Positions 44,829-53,134 of a stretch of DNA of 64,000 bases are shown here, piece by piece. This stretch comes from Verrucomicrobiota bacterium. GTDB lineage: Bacteria; Verrucomicrobiota; Verrucomicrobiia; Verrucomicrobiales; V1-33. Under the pieces are notes generated by a model. That model saw only the letters and a program-made list of their open reading frames with translations, did no database searches and was not told the DNA's origin. Where the stretch lies: the NCBI GenBank assembly GCA_040387795.1, contig JAZKDC010000017.1:486157-550156 (forward strand), in the 5' to 3' direction. Both the position numbers and the translations under genes were made by a program. Each line of letters starts with the position of its first letter. Positions within the stretch are counted from its first letter, which is position 1.

Positions 44829-47159
44829 ATGAAACGCCCCCTTCCAATACCTACTTGGTTTTTATCGGGGGCAGTCCTCGTCCTCGCTCCGCTGGCGGCG
44901 CAGGCCGGGCCGCCCCTCGAGGAGTTGAAGCAGGAGTTCCGTCAAGTGGAGTCCGGGAATGATCCCCTCGCCCTGCTCCGGCGAGGCCGCCCGCTGCGGG
45001 ACCGGCTGGTGGAGGCGAAGGATTACCCGGCCGCCGCGGAGGTGGCATTGAAGGTCGCGTTTGCGGCGGACCTGCAGGGCACCCCCGCCGAGGCGGTGGA
45101 AGCGGCCGGGGAGGCCCGCCGGATTGTCGGACTTTCCCGCGCGGGGCGGATGCGGGCCTGGGATTGGATGCTCCAGGCCCAAATGTCAGGCCTGGCCGTC
45201 AAACACCTCATCCACGAAGGCCGCCTCAGCCTCGCCTCGCAGCGGCAGGCCGAAGCGTGGGAGTCCATCCGGCGCGGCGTGCGTGAGGAGACGGCGCGCG
45301 ATTGGCAGCCCGGCCCGTCGCTGCCTCCCGGGATCAGTGGGGATCTGCTGAACATCCTCCTGCGCACCGCCAGGTATGAGGGCGAGCTGCTTTCCCTTGC
45401 CGGGCGGAACGTCGAGGCCGTGGCCCGGATGCGGGCCCTGGAGGCGGATCTCACCCGGTCCGGGATGCCGCGCGGCCTGTATGGTGGACAATTGCTGGGG
45501 TTTCTGGTAGGAGAACAAAAGTTCCTTGGTTTCCGCACCGAGGCGCTGGCCCTGCAGGAGCGGTTGATTGCCCAGGCCGGACCGGACTCGTTTGCCCGCC
45601 ACAATGCGCTCTTCAACCGGGCCTACTGGCGCTCCCAATGGGAAGGGCCACTCCCGGAATTGCTCCAGGAAGCGAAGGCCGCGTCCGCTGCGGCCGGGGA
45701 AGCCAATAGCAATACCAGCAACACCCAGAGCCGGCGGCGGCTCCTCGCCAAAATGGCCTTTGCCTATCAGGACGCCGGATTTGAGATCGGGGATCTCGCA
45801 GCCCTCGTGAAGGAGGCCGAAGCCGCGGGGGACGAAATGGAAGCGCTCTACACCAGACGGGATCTCGCCGTGATCCAACGCCAGACAAGGGATTTCGCTC
45901 CGGCCGAAGCCAATCTTCTCACCGCCCTCACCGCCGCCCGCGCCGTGGGACGCAAACGCGCCGAACCCAACCTGTATCAGGAATACGCCATCCTGCTCCA
46001 GGAAACCGGCCGCCCCCGCGAGGCGATCCGCATGGCCCGGGAATCCATCCGCCTGACCAAATCATTCCAATGGACCCAGCACCTGCCAGGCCTGCTCCAC
46101 GTCCTCGCCAACGCCCAGCAGGCCGCCGGGGATGAGCCTGGATTGCGGGCCACCCTGGCAGAATTGGAGGGACTGCTGGCGTCCGGTAAATTGGAGGCCT
46201 ACCGTGCCCTTGATGCCGGCGTGGCCATCGCGCTGTGCCAGCACGCCCTCGCCCGGCCACAGGAAGGCGCGGCCACTCTGCAACGGGCCCTCGCCGCCGC
46301 CCGTCAACAAGGCGTGCCCGCCTGGCAGATTGATCTGGCGGAGAAATTCCCCTTCGGTGACCTGACCCCGGCCAAGTCCACACCCGGACCGCCCTTGGCT
46401 GATTTGCAGCCGCTCAAGATCCACTCCACCGTCCTTCCTGACCAAACCGCCCGCGTCCGATTCACCCTCTCCAATCCGTCCGCCTCCGCCGCCACGGGCA
46501 CCCTGGTGGTGGAAGGAGAGCACCTCTCGGTCGATTGGCAGGACACCGCGGGAGTGGGCCGGATCAGCCTGCTGCCCAGCGGAGGGGATCGCGTGGTGCG
46601 CCGGCCGGTGAGTCTCGCGGCTGGAGAGGAATTTCTGCTGATCGCGGAAGCCGCCGGCGGGCTGCAGGGTACGGTCAACGTACGTTGGGAAGCCGCCGGC
46701 GGTGCCGTCCAACAGTCCGGCTGGACCCTGACTTCCAGCGGAACCGATGGCACCGACCTCGCTGTCAGCAATGCCAGTCTCGCGGGCCGGAATCCCTTCT
46801 ACGCCCTCAGACTGCATCATGCCCTGTATCGCCGCGGGGGTGACCCTGCCGCCCCGGTGGACCTCCGGGTGGCCGCCTCGCGGCCCATGCGCATCGAACT
46901 CCTGAATCCTGACACCGGTGAGTTGCTGGCGGTGGATGCCAACGGCGACGGCCAGCTCGATGGCCCGGGGGACGTCCTCCTGGCCGACGCCAATCACGAT
47001 GGTTTCGCTGATCTGCTCTGCGCTTCCGGCACCCCCGCGGAAGTCGCCCTCCTGATCTATCCCCTGACGACTACAGAACCGCCGGGCGAACTGTCCCTTG
47101 ATATCCAACTCCGCAATGCCCCCGGCTGGGGAACCGCCGCCCGGAATCTCCTCAAGTAG
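44829..47159 (+). CDS. Secreted TPR-like / beta-sandwich protein with Ca-binding-type DxNxDG motifs
   Basis: ATG at 44829 gives signal peptide MKRPLPIPTWFLSGAVLVLAPLAAQA. Helical N-terminal ~500 aa, then a beta-rich region, then DANGDGQLDGPGD and DANHDGFADL. Confidence 0.7.
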   Translation: MKRPLPIPTWFLSGAVLVLAPLAAQAGPPLEELKQEFRQVESGNDPLALLRRGRPLRDRLVEAKDYPAAAEVALKVAFAADLQGTPAEAVEAAGEARRIVGLSRAGRMRAWDWMLQAQMSGLAVKHLIHEGRLSLASQRQAEAWESIRRGVREETARDWQPGPSLPPGISGDLLNILLRTARYEGELLSLAGRNVEAVARMRALEADLTRSGMPRGLYGGQLLGFLVGEQKFLGFRTEALALQERLIAQAGPDSFARHNALFNRAYWRSQWEGPLPELLQEAKAASAAAGEANSNTSNTQSRRRLLAKMAFAYQDAGFEIGDLAALVKEAEAAGDEMEALYTRRDLAVIQRQTRDFAPAEANLLTALTAARAVGRKRAEPNLYQEYAILLQETGRPREAIRMARESIRLTKSFQWTQHLPGLLHVLANAQQAAGDEPGLRATLAELEGLLASGKLEAYRALDAGVAIALCQHALARPQEGAATLQRALAAARQQGVPAWQIDLAEKFPFGDLTPAKSTPGPPLADLQPLKIHSTVLPDQTARVRFTLSNPSASAATGTLVVEGEHLSVDWQDTAGVGRISLLPSGGDRVVRRPVSLAAGEEFLLIAEAAGGLQGTVNVRWEAAGGAVQQSGWTLTSSGTDGTDLAVSNASLAGRNPFYALRLHHALYRRGGDPAAPVDLRVAASRPMRIELLNPDTGELLAVDANGDGQLDGPGDVLLADANHDGFADLLCASGTPAEVALLIYPLTTTEPPGELSLDIQLRNAPGWGTAARNLLK

Positions 47160-47181
47160 CCGCCGGGGCGGCTTGCATTTT
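47158..47181 (+). terminator. Weak terminator-like hairpin
   Basis: AGCCG(47158-62)-CCGGGG-CGGCT(47169-73)-TGCATTTT. Confidence 0.35.
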
Positions 47182-47337
47182 GCCGTGCCGCCGCCGCCGG
47201 TTGCGGCATTTAGCCGCTCCGGAAGCCACCGTGGACGGGCATTCCCCCGTAGGAGAGCGGCGGCACGGGCTTTGCAGAGGATGGAGTCAACCCATGGTCC
47301 CCCGGGCCAGGGTCTTAAACCTCAATCGTCCGTTATC

Positions 47338-47610
47338 ATGAATACCCGTTTGCTCACTCTGGCCACCCTGATTGCCGCTTTCACCCTCACTGCTTGTGAC
47401 TCCGCCCAGGAGGAAGCCCGCAAAAAAGCCCTCGAAGCCCAGGCCGACCAACTGGAGCAGCAGGCCGAAGCCGCCCGCAAAGTGGGAGAAGCCGCCGCGA
47501 AAGCGCAGGAAAAACAAGGTGAGGCCGATGCCGCCGCGACCAAGGACAACAACGAAACCAAGGCCGATGTCCTCGAGAAACAAGCCGAGGCCCTCCGCGA
47601 CAACAAATAA
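47338..47610 (+). CDS. Small coiled-coil lipoprotein
   Basis: MNTRLLTLATLIAAFTLTAC (lipobox LTAC), followed by a Glu/Ala/Lys/Gln-rich helix. Internal start of ORF 47098..47610. Confidence 0.6.
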   Translation: MNTRLLTLATLIAAFTLTACDSAQEEARKKALEAQADQLEQQAEAARKVGEAAAKAQEKQGEADAAATKDNNETKADVLEKQAEALRDNK

Positions 47611-47652
47611 TCCGCCTTCCCGGCAGTCCGGACCTTCAACCCCCTCCCTCCC

Positions 47653-48150
47653 ATGTCCCCCCCCTCCCCCGAAAGAGTCCATGAACTGCTGCTGAGCTTC
47701 CACACTGCCATGCTGGTCACCCATGGCGGAGGGGACACCCTGCACGCGCGGCCCATGGAAATTGCCCATGTCAGCCCGGACTGCCATGTCTGGTTTTTCA
47801 CGGACACCCACAGCCCCAAGACCCGGGAAATCCGTCAGGAGGATGCGGTCCTCCTCACGTTCCAGAAGGACCACCAGAAGTATCTTTCCATGGATGGCAC
47901 GGCCGATCTCGTGACCGACCGCGCCCTGATCGAATCTTTCTGGCAGGAACCCTTCCGCGTCTGGTTCCCCGAGGGGATCAACGACCCCAACCTCATGCTG
48001 GTGCACATCATTCCGCACCAGGCCGAGTATTGGGACAACTCCAGCCTCCAAGGCGTGAAGTATCTCTACGAGGCAGCCAAAGCCTATGTGTCCGGCACCC
48101 AGCCGGAAATTGAAGAAGGCGCCCAGCACGGTAGGGTCACCTTGGCCTGA
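47653..48150 (+). CDS. Pyridoxamine 5'-phosphate oxidase-like (general stress protein 26 type)
   Basis: LLSFHTAMLVTHGGGDTLHARPM...VWFFTDTHSPKTREI...LSMDGTADLVTD...FWQEPFRVWFPEG...DPNLMLVHIIP..AEYWD. Confidence 0.8.
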   Translation: MSPPSPERVHELLLSFHTAMLVTHGGGDTLHARPMEIAHVSPDCHVWFFTDTHSPKTREIRQEDAVLLTFQKDHQKYLSMDGTADLVTDRALIESFWQEPFRVWFPEGINDPNLMLVHIIPHQAEYWDNSSLQGVKYLYEAAKAYVSGTQPEIEEGAQHGRVTLA

Positions 48151-48187
48151 TAGGGGATCCCCCATTCTTAATCCCGTTTCCAAAGCT

Positions 48188-48313
48188 ATGAAACTCATCA
48201 AACCGCACCGGTCCGCCAGCCGCCCCGCCGGCAAAATCGGCTGGATTCTCCTTTGGCTCCTCGGGATTCCCCTCCCGATTCTGCTGCTGGTTTATTTCTT
48301 CAAAGGCGGCTGA
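48188..48313 (+). CDS. 41-aa membrane peptide (candidate)
   Basis: Internal ATG of ORF 48086..48313: MKLIKPHRSASRPAGKIGWILLWLLGIPLPILLLVYFFKGG, a basic N-terminus plus one TM helix. 37 nt after the previous gene. Confidence 0.35.
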   Translation: MKLIKPHRSASRPAGKIGWILLWLLGIPLPILLLVYFFKGG

Positions 48314-48405
48314 GAGAGGAAATCTGAGGCACTTGAAGTTTGCCGGCTTGGCTAATATCGTTAATGCGGTCTCCGCCGGACCGCAAATGTCCGACCGATC
48401 TGCCT

Positions 48406-49062
48406 ATGCCGTCATCCTTTATCGAGTTCCAACGCTGCCACGACCTGGAAACCGTTGAAGAAATCAAAACCGTTCTGGGGCGCGGGGGGATACCCTATCA
48501 ATTAGCCTCTTCCGCCGGGATATCCAGCGAATCGTGGATGGGGATGTCAGGACGGGACGCGGGCGGAACCATCATTGTCCAGGTGCCCGCAGACCAGTGC
48601 GGAGCGGCGATGGCGGCGATGGCTAAGGAATACCTCAAGTCCGGCCTTCCAAATGATCATTTCCTGCATCGGGCCAGCGATGATGATTTGACTGCCATGC
48701 TGGGTGAAGCCAATACGTGGAACCCTTATGATATGGCACATGCCCGGCGATTGATTGAGGAGCGTGGCATTGACCCGGCGGCCGTCGCTGCCAGGAAAGC
48801 GGAATATCAGCGGAAATTGACCTTGGGCCGCCGCCCTCCCGCAGGACTCGTGGCCGCAGGGTGGATCTGTGCGTTCCTCGGTGGCATCTTCGGTGCAGTA
48901 ATCGGCTGGTCGCTCTCTTCCTCCAAGGACACCACACCAGCAGGAGAGTTCTACACTTACGATGAAGCCTCGCGGAAAACCGGTCACACCATTTTAGCCC
49001 TCTCCTGCCTGAGCAGCGCTCTGATTTTTCTCCTAATGGCCTACCGCCGTCTAGCCGATTGA
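48406..49062 (+). CDS. Hypothetical protein with soluble N-domain and C-terminal TM helices
   Basis: Start at the ATG at 48406 (MPSSFIEFQRCHDLETVEEIKTVL...). Two C-terminal hydrophobic helices. No confident family. Confidence 0.55.
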   Translation: MPSSFIEFQRCHDLETVEEIKTVLGRGGIPYQLASSAGISSESWMGMSGRDAGGTIIVQVPADQCGAAMAAMAKEYLKSGLPNDHFLHRASDDDLTAMLGEANTWNPYDMAHARRLIEERGIDPAAVAARKAEYQRKLTLGRRPPAGLVAAGWICAFLGGIFGAVIGWSLSSSKDTTPAGEFYTYDEASRKTGHTILALSCLSSALIFLLMAYRRLAD

Positions 49063-49069
49063 CCAGACG

Positions 49070-49105
49070 GCTCCGGCCCCGGGATTTGGGAGGCATGGCC
49101 GGAGC
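49070..49105 (+). terminator. Stem-loop after gene 48406..49062
   Basis: Perfect 9-bp arms GCTCCGGCC (49070-78) / GGCCGGAGC (49097-105) with an 18-nt loop. No clean T-run. Confidence 0.35.
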
Positions 49106-49200
49106 TCCCCGGTTATTTCAAATCAGAAATCTTCGGCCATCCCCGTTCTGATCCTTTCCCAGCGATTGCGCTGATTCCGTATTCATCAGAGACTGACGCC

Positions 49201-50085
49201 ATGACCACCGCCCTGGAACGGTTCATCCTGCACCTCGCCACGGAGCGCGGGCTGTCGGTGAACTATCAATTATCGAACCGGCAGACCCTGGAGGCGCTGG
49301 TGTCGTGGCTGGAGGAGAAACATGGCGTGAAGGACGCGGCGGCGGTGGAGTTGGGGCATCTGACGGACTATCTTTTTCTGCGGAAGGGGGAAGGGCTGAG
49401 CAATGCGTCGATCCGGCTGCAGGTAATTGCGGTGAAGATCTTTTTCCGCTGGCTGGCGATCCGGAAATTCATTCCGAAGGATGTGGCCGAGGGATTGCAG
49501 GCCCCGCGGTTGGATGCTTCCCTGCCGGAGACCCTGACGGAAACGGAGGTGGAGCATCTCCTGGCCAGCATCGAGCCGAAGGAACCGCTCGATTACCGGG
49601 ATCTGGCGGTGTTGGAATTGCTCTATGCCAGCGGGCTGCGGATCTCGGAATTGGCCAATGCCACGATGGACCAGCTTTCCATGGAGGAAGGATTTATCCG
49701 CGTGACGGGGAAGGGGAATAAAACGCGGCTGGTGCCGGTGGGCCGCCGGGCACGGGCCGCGGTGCAGGCTTGGTTGGACAAGGGGCGGCCGGAACTGGTG
49801 ACGCGGAAAACGACCAGTCATCTCATCATCGGGAGGCACGGGCAGGCCCTGACCAATCAACGGCTCTGGCAGATCGTGAAGGCGCGGGCGGCCGCGGTCG
49901 ATCTGGTGGTGTATCCCCACCTGCTCCGCCATAGCTTTGCCACCCATCTGCTGAGCGGCGGGGCGGACCTGCGGGTCATCCAGGAAATGCTGGGCCATGC
50001 CAATATCTCCACCACCCAGATTTACACCCACGTGGACCAGCGGCGGCTCAAGGAAGTGCATGCCAAATTCCATCCGAGAGCTTGA
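49201..50085 (+). CDS. xerD: Tyrosine recombinase, XerC/XerD family (XerD-like)
   Basis: N-terminal SAM-like domain ([26 protein letters not shown]). Catalytic region [13 protein letters not shown]...[39 protein letters not shown]...FHPRA. The C versus D assignment is uncertain. Confidence 0.8.
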   Translation: MTTALERFILHLATERGLSVNYQLSNRQTLEALVSWLEEKHGVKDAAAVELGHLTDYLFLRKGEGLSNASIRLQVIAVKIFFRWLAIRKFIPKDVAEGLQAPRLDASLPETLTETEVEHLLASIEPKEPLDYRDLAVLELLYASGLRISELANATMDQLSMEEGFIRVTGKGNKTRLVPVGRRARAAVQAWLDKGRPELVTRKTTSHLIIGRHGQALTNQRLWQIVKARAAAVDLVVYPHLLRHSFATHLLSGGADLRVIQEMLGHANISTTQIYTHVDQRRLKEVHAKFHPRA

Positions 50086-50087
50086 GA

Positions 50088-50207
50088 AAATTTATGATTG
50101 GTGGTTTATGATTTATGATTTGGCCGGTGGGTGGGATCAGGTGGCAGGCCGGACCTGGAACGAGTCCATTCCCAATCATAAATCATCAATCGTAAACCAT
50201 AAATAAC
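50088..50207. repeat. AT-rich imperfect inverted repeat built from TTTATGA(T/A)T units around a GC-rich spacer
   Basis: Perfect 13-bp core ATGATTTATGATT (50108-20) / AATCATAAATCAT (50174-86). The arms extend to ~34 nt with mismatches. It fills the whole xerD-cdd gap. Confidence 0.7.
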
Positions 50208-50600
50208 ATGACCGATTTTTCTGCTCTGATTCCCGCGGCCTGGGAGGTCCGTGACCGGGCCTATGCGCCTTATTCGAAGTTCCATGTCGGGGCGGCGCTG
50301 CTGGGGGCGGACGGAGTGATTTACCGGGGCTGCAATGTGGAGAATCTGAGCTTCGGCCTTACCATTTGTGCGGAGCGCAATGCCGTGGCCCAGGCTGTGG
50401 CCGCGGGGTGCCGGGAATTCACCGCGCTGGTGGTGGTGGCGGATACCCGGGAGCCCATCTCACCCTGCGGCGCCTGCCGTCAGGTCTTGGCGGAATTCGG
50501 GGATCTGCCCATTCTGATGGCGACGCGGGAGGCTTCGGAAGAGACCACCTTGGGAATTCTGCTGCCCCGGGCGAAGACCGGAATCCTGGATGGCGTCTGA
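50208..50600 (+). CDS. cdd: Cytidine deaminase
   Basis: Zinc motifs CAERNAV and PCGACRQVLAEF; 130 aa. Confidence 0.9.
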   Translation: MTDFSALIPAAWEVRDRAYAPYSKFHVGAALLGADGVIYRGCNVENLSFGLTICAERNAVAQAVAAGCREFTALVVVADTREPISPCGACRQVLAEFGDLPILMATREASEETTLGILLPRAKTGILDGV

Positions 50601-50800
50601 AGCTGGAACGGAGAGGGGCAACCCCCGATTTCGCGGATGATCCGGAAGCCGCAGCATTTCCGATGGCAAAGGCCATCTGTGTGAGCCGCGATATCCGTGG
50701 CTTTCTCCTCGATCGGAAGACCATTAACTTTCCCTGATCTTTTACTTTACAATTCCTGATAAATGCGGCTTTTATGGAAGACCCCCATCTTTTTTAAACC

Positions 50801-51553
50801 ATGCAAACCAGCGAGTTGTCTCCCCACGGCTACATTATGGCCCTTCCCCCGGTGATCCAGGGCACGCCGGTGGGCGAATTTTTCAACAGCCTGATCCGCG
50901 GGCTGGTCCACAAACAGAACAATTTTCTGGCGGTCATCCAGGGTTTCTCCAGTCTGATCCTGATGGGCGATGAACTGGACGAGACCACCAAGGAAAACCT
51001 GGAGCACATGAAAGAAGCGGCCCAGGGCGCGGCCGGTCTGGCCGAACGCATCCTCGCCGCCGGCGGGTGTGTCAGGATTACCCCGCAATCCGTCCAGCTG
51101 AAAGACTATCTGCCGGTGATGGACAACATGCTGCGCGCTCCCTTTTCGAAGTTCAGCGTGCCCTTCCAGATCAACATCTCCCCGGACGTGCCGCCGGTGA
51201 AAATCGATAGTGGCCGTTTCAAGGAACTGCTCGGCGATCTCCTCCTCAACGCTGCCGAAGCGGTGGCCAACAGCGGCCAGCCGGGCGCTGCGGCCCTCGA
51301 CGTCCTCCCCCCGGGCTCGGTGCCGGAAAGCCGTCCCGGCCATGTCGATGTCTTTGTGAGGAACACCGGAGCCCCGATCCCGCCCGAAAAGCTGAAGGAT
51401 GTCTTCAAACCTTTTGCCAGCACCAAGGACAGCAAACATTTCGGCATCGGCCTCACCGTCGCCTCCGTGCTCGCCTCCCAGATGGGCGCCACCCTCGGCG
51501 TCCGCAGCACCCCGGAGGCGACCACCTTCTGGCTGAGCGTCCCCGTCGCATGA
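50801..51553 (+). CDS. Soluble orphan histidine kinase (DHp + HATPase_c only)
   Basis: H-box LVHKQNNFLAVIQGF (HisKA_2-like H-x-x-N-N). G-boxes NTGAPIPPEKLKDVFKPF and HFGIGLTVASVL. No TM or sensor domain, and no response regulator nearby. Confidence 0.75.
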   Translation: MQTSELSPHGYIMALPPVIQGTPVGEFFNSLIRGLVHKQNNFLAVIQGFSSLILMGDELDETTKENLEHMKEAAQGAAGLAERILAAGGCVRITPQSVQLKDYLPVMDNMLRAPFSKFSVPFQINISPDVPPVKIDSGRFKELLGDLLLNAAEAVANSGQPGAAALDVLPPGSVPESRPGHVDVFVRNTGAPIPPEKLKDVFKPFASTKDSKHFGIGLTVASVLASQMGATLGVRSTPEATTFWLSVPVA

Positions 51554-51679
51554 CCAGTGCCGGTGGACGAAGGTCCTCCTGAGTTTCAGAGCATCGGCCA
51601 AGCCTTGGTGCTGCGCAGTCCTTCAATCCGCCATGGAAGTCTTGCTCTTCGGCGGGAGATCGGTTATTAAATCGGCCGT

Positions 51680-53038
51680 ATGCCCCCCGACCGCGAAGCT
51701 CCTGCCCCGGCTTCCCCGTTGTGGTCGTGCTGGAAGATCTTCGCCTGGTTGCTCGGCCTGCTGGCTATTTTTCTCACCGCCCTGCTGGCTTACGATACCA
51801 AACTGGAGCCCTACGACGACCTGACGCCCACTCCGACCCGCGTCCCGGATCTGCGGACGAATGGGTATCTGATGCTCAAGGCCAGTTGGGAAAATTGGCT
51901 TGATGCGGATGAGAAAACGCTTCGGCAGTGGAGAAGTGTCCGTGACGGAGAGGTCCCCTGGGATGATACCATTGCTGATGCCCTGAATCCCCACCGCCAC
52001 AACCTGTCGAATGAACTTCAACAGGCTCTCGCCGCCCCGGAATGGGTGGCTCCCTTGCGGGGTACCAACGAGTGGTGGCAGGGAGAAAAGCGATTCTATT
52101 ACGGGCCGATGCTCGAGGTTTTGGAAGCCGCTGCCCGGCAAAATCTGAGAACCGGGAATCCTGCTCCAGCCCTCAGTCTGGTGCAAAATCTGCGGGCTCT
52201 GAGCCGGAGGGAAATCAAAGGCAGCCATTCCACCACTGACCTGATGGCGGCTTACAATGTCAACGTGAGGACGGCCCGGTTGACCTGCTCTGTCCTGGCA
52301 GACAGCACGCTGACGGAAACCTCACTGCTTCAATTGGCCTCGGCCTGGGAGGATGATCAACTCACTCAAGTCGAACTGGACGCTTCCGTCGCCGGCGACA
52401 GTCTTTTCATGACCAACTATTTCCTGAGCACAGGATATGAAGAGCATGGCTATGGTTCGCCGGCGACGCGCCCGCTCCGTAAAATCACCACCAAGCCCAA
52501 TGCCAGTCTGAATTTTCTCCATCGGGTGCTCCGCCTGCAAAAAACCAAGGGACTGGCCACCGCTCCCACTGGGGAATCCAGTGTCTTTGCCGAATTGGAA
52601 CAGCTAACTTTCCAACGGGAAGGAATCCTCCGTTTCCTCGACGCAAATTTTTCCGGCCGGCAGATTGTTTGGACATTTTTCTGGGTTTTTCAGAGCGAGT
52701 TTCTGGGGGGTTCCCGTTATTTTTTGTTCGAAACGCGCGCCGTCAGGATCGCCATCGCGATCAAGCGCTGGCAATTACGACACCCCGGCCAAATCCCGGC
52801 TCAACTGGAAGACCTGGTGCGGGAGTATCTAGCGTTTATTCCCGCCGATCCTTGGGATGGATCACCGCTCCGTTGGTCCGCGACCGATCAGATCATCTAT
52901 GCAGTCGGCACCAACTGGACTCCTGACGTGCCGGTCTTTCCCTCCAGTTACCGAGCATGGATTGGGGATTGGGATTCCGATCCCGGCCTTCGCCTTGTCA
53001 TCCCGCCACCACCACACCCTCCCACCCCGGCCAAGTAG
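51680..53038 (+). CDS. Membrane-anchored hypothetical protein
   Basis: N-terminal anchor IFAWLLGLLAIFLTALLAY and a helical body. The C-terminal IPADPWDGSPLRWSATDQIIYAVGTNWTPD resembles the pseudopilin G C-terminal signature. Confidence 0.6.
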   Translation: MPPDREAPAPASPLWSCWKIFAWLLGLLAIFLTALLAYDTKLEPYDDLTPTPTRVPDLRTNGYLMLKASWENWLDADEKTLRQWRSVRDGEVPWDDTIADALNPHRHNLSNELQQALAAPEWVAPLRGTNEWWQGEKRFYYGPMLEVLEAAARQNLRTGNPAPALSLVQNLRALSRREIKGSHSTTDLMAAYNVNVRTARLTCSVLADSTLTETSLLQLASAWEDDQLTQVELDASVAGDSLFMTNYFLSTGYEEHGYGSPATRPLRKITTKPNASLNFLHRVLRLQKTKGLATAPTGESSVFAELEQLTFQREGILRFLDANFSGRQIVWTFFWVFQSEFLGGSRYFLFETRAVRIAIAIKRWQLRHPGQIPAQLEDLVREYLAFIPADPWDGSPLRWSATDQIIYAVGTNWTPDVPVFPSSYRAWIGDWDSDPGLRLVIPPPPHPPTPAK

Positions 53039-53134
53039 CGACCAGCGAACGGGTTGGACTCCGCCCCAATCTCGGCATGGCGCGGGGTTTATTCCTCCGA
53101 TAGCACCCCGCCGGAATGTGTGTCACGGAACGGG

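Noticed and set aside
50088-50207. Possible dif (Xer recombination) site next to the xerD-like gene
   Set aside because: There is no CATAA-N6-TTATG-type 28-bp core with the two 11-bp recombinase arms. dif is expected at the terminus, not beside the recombinase gene. Kept only as an unexplained inverted repeat.
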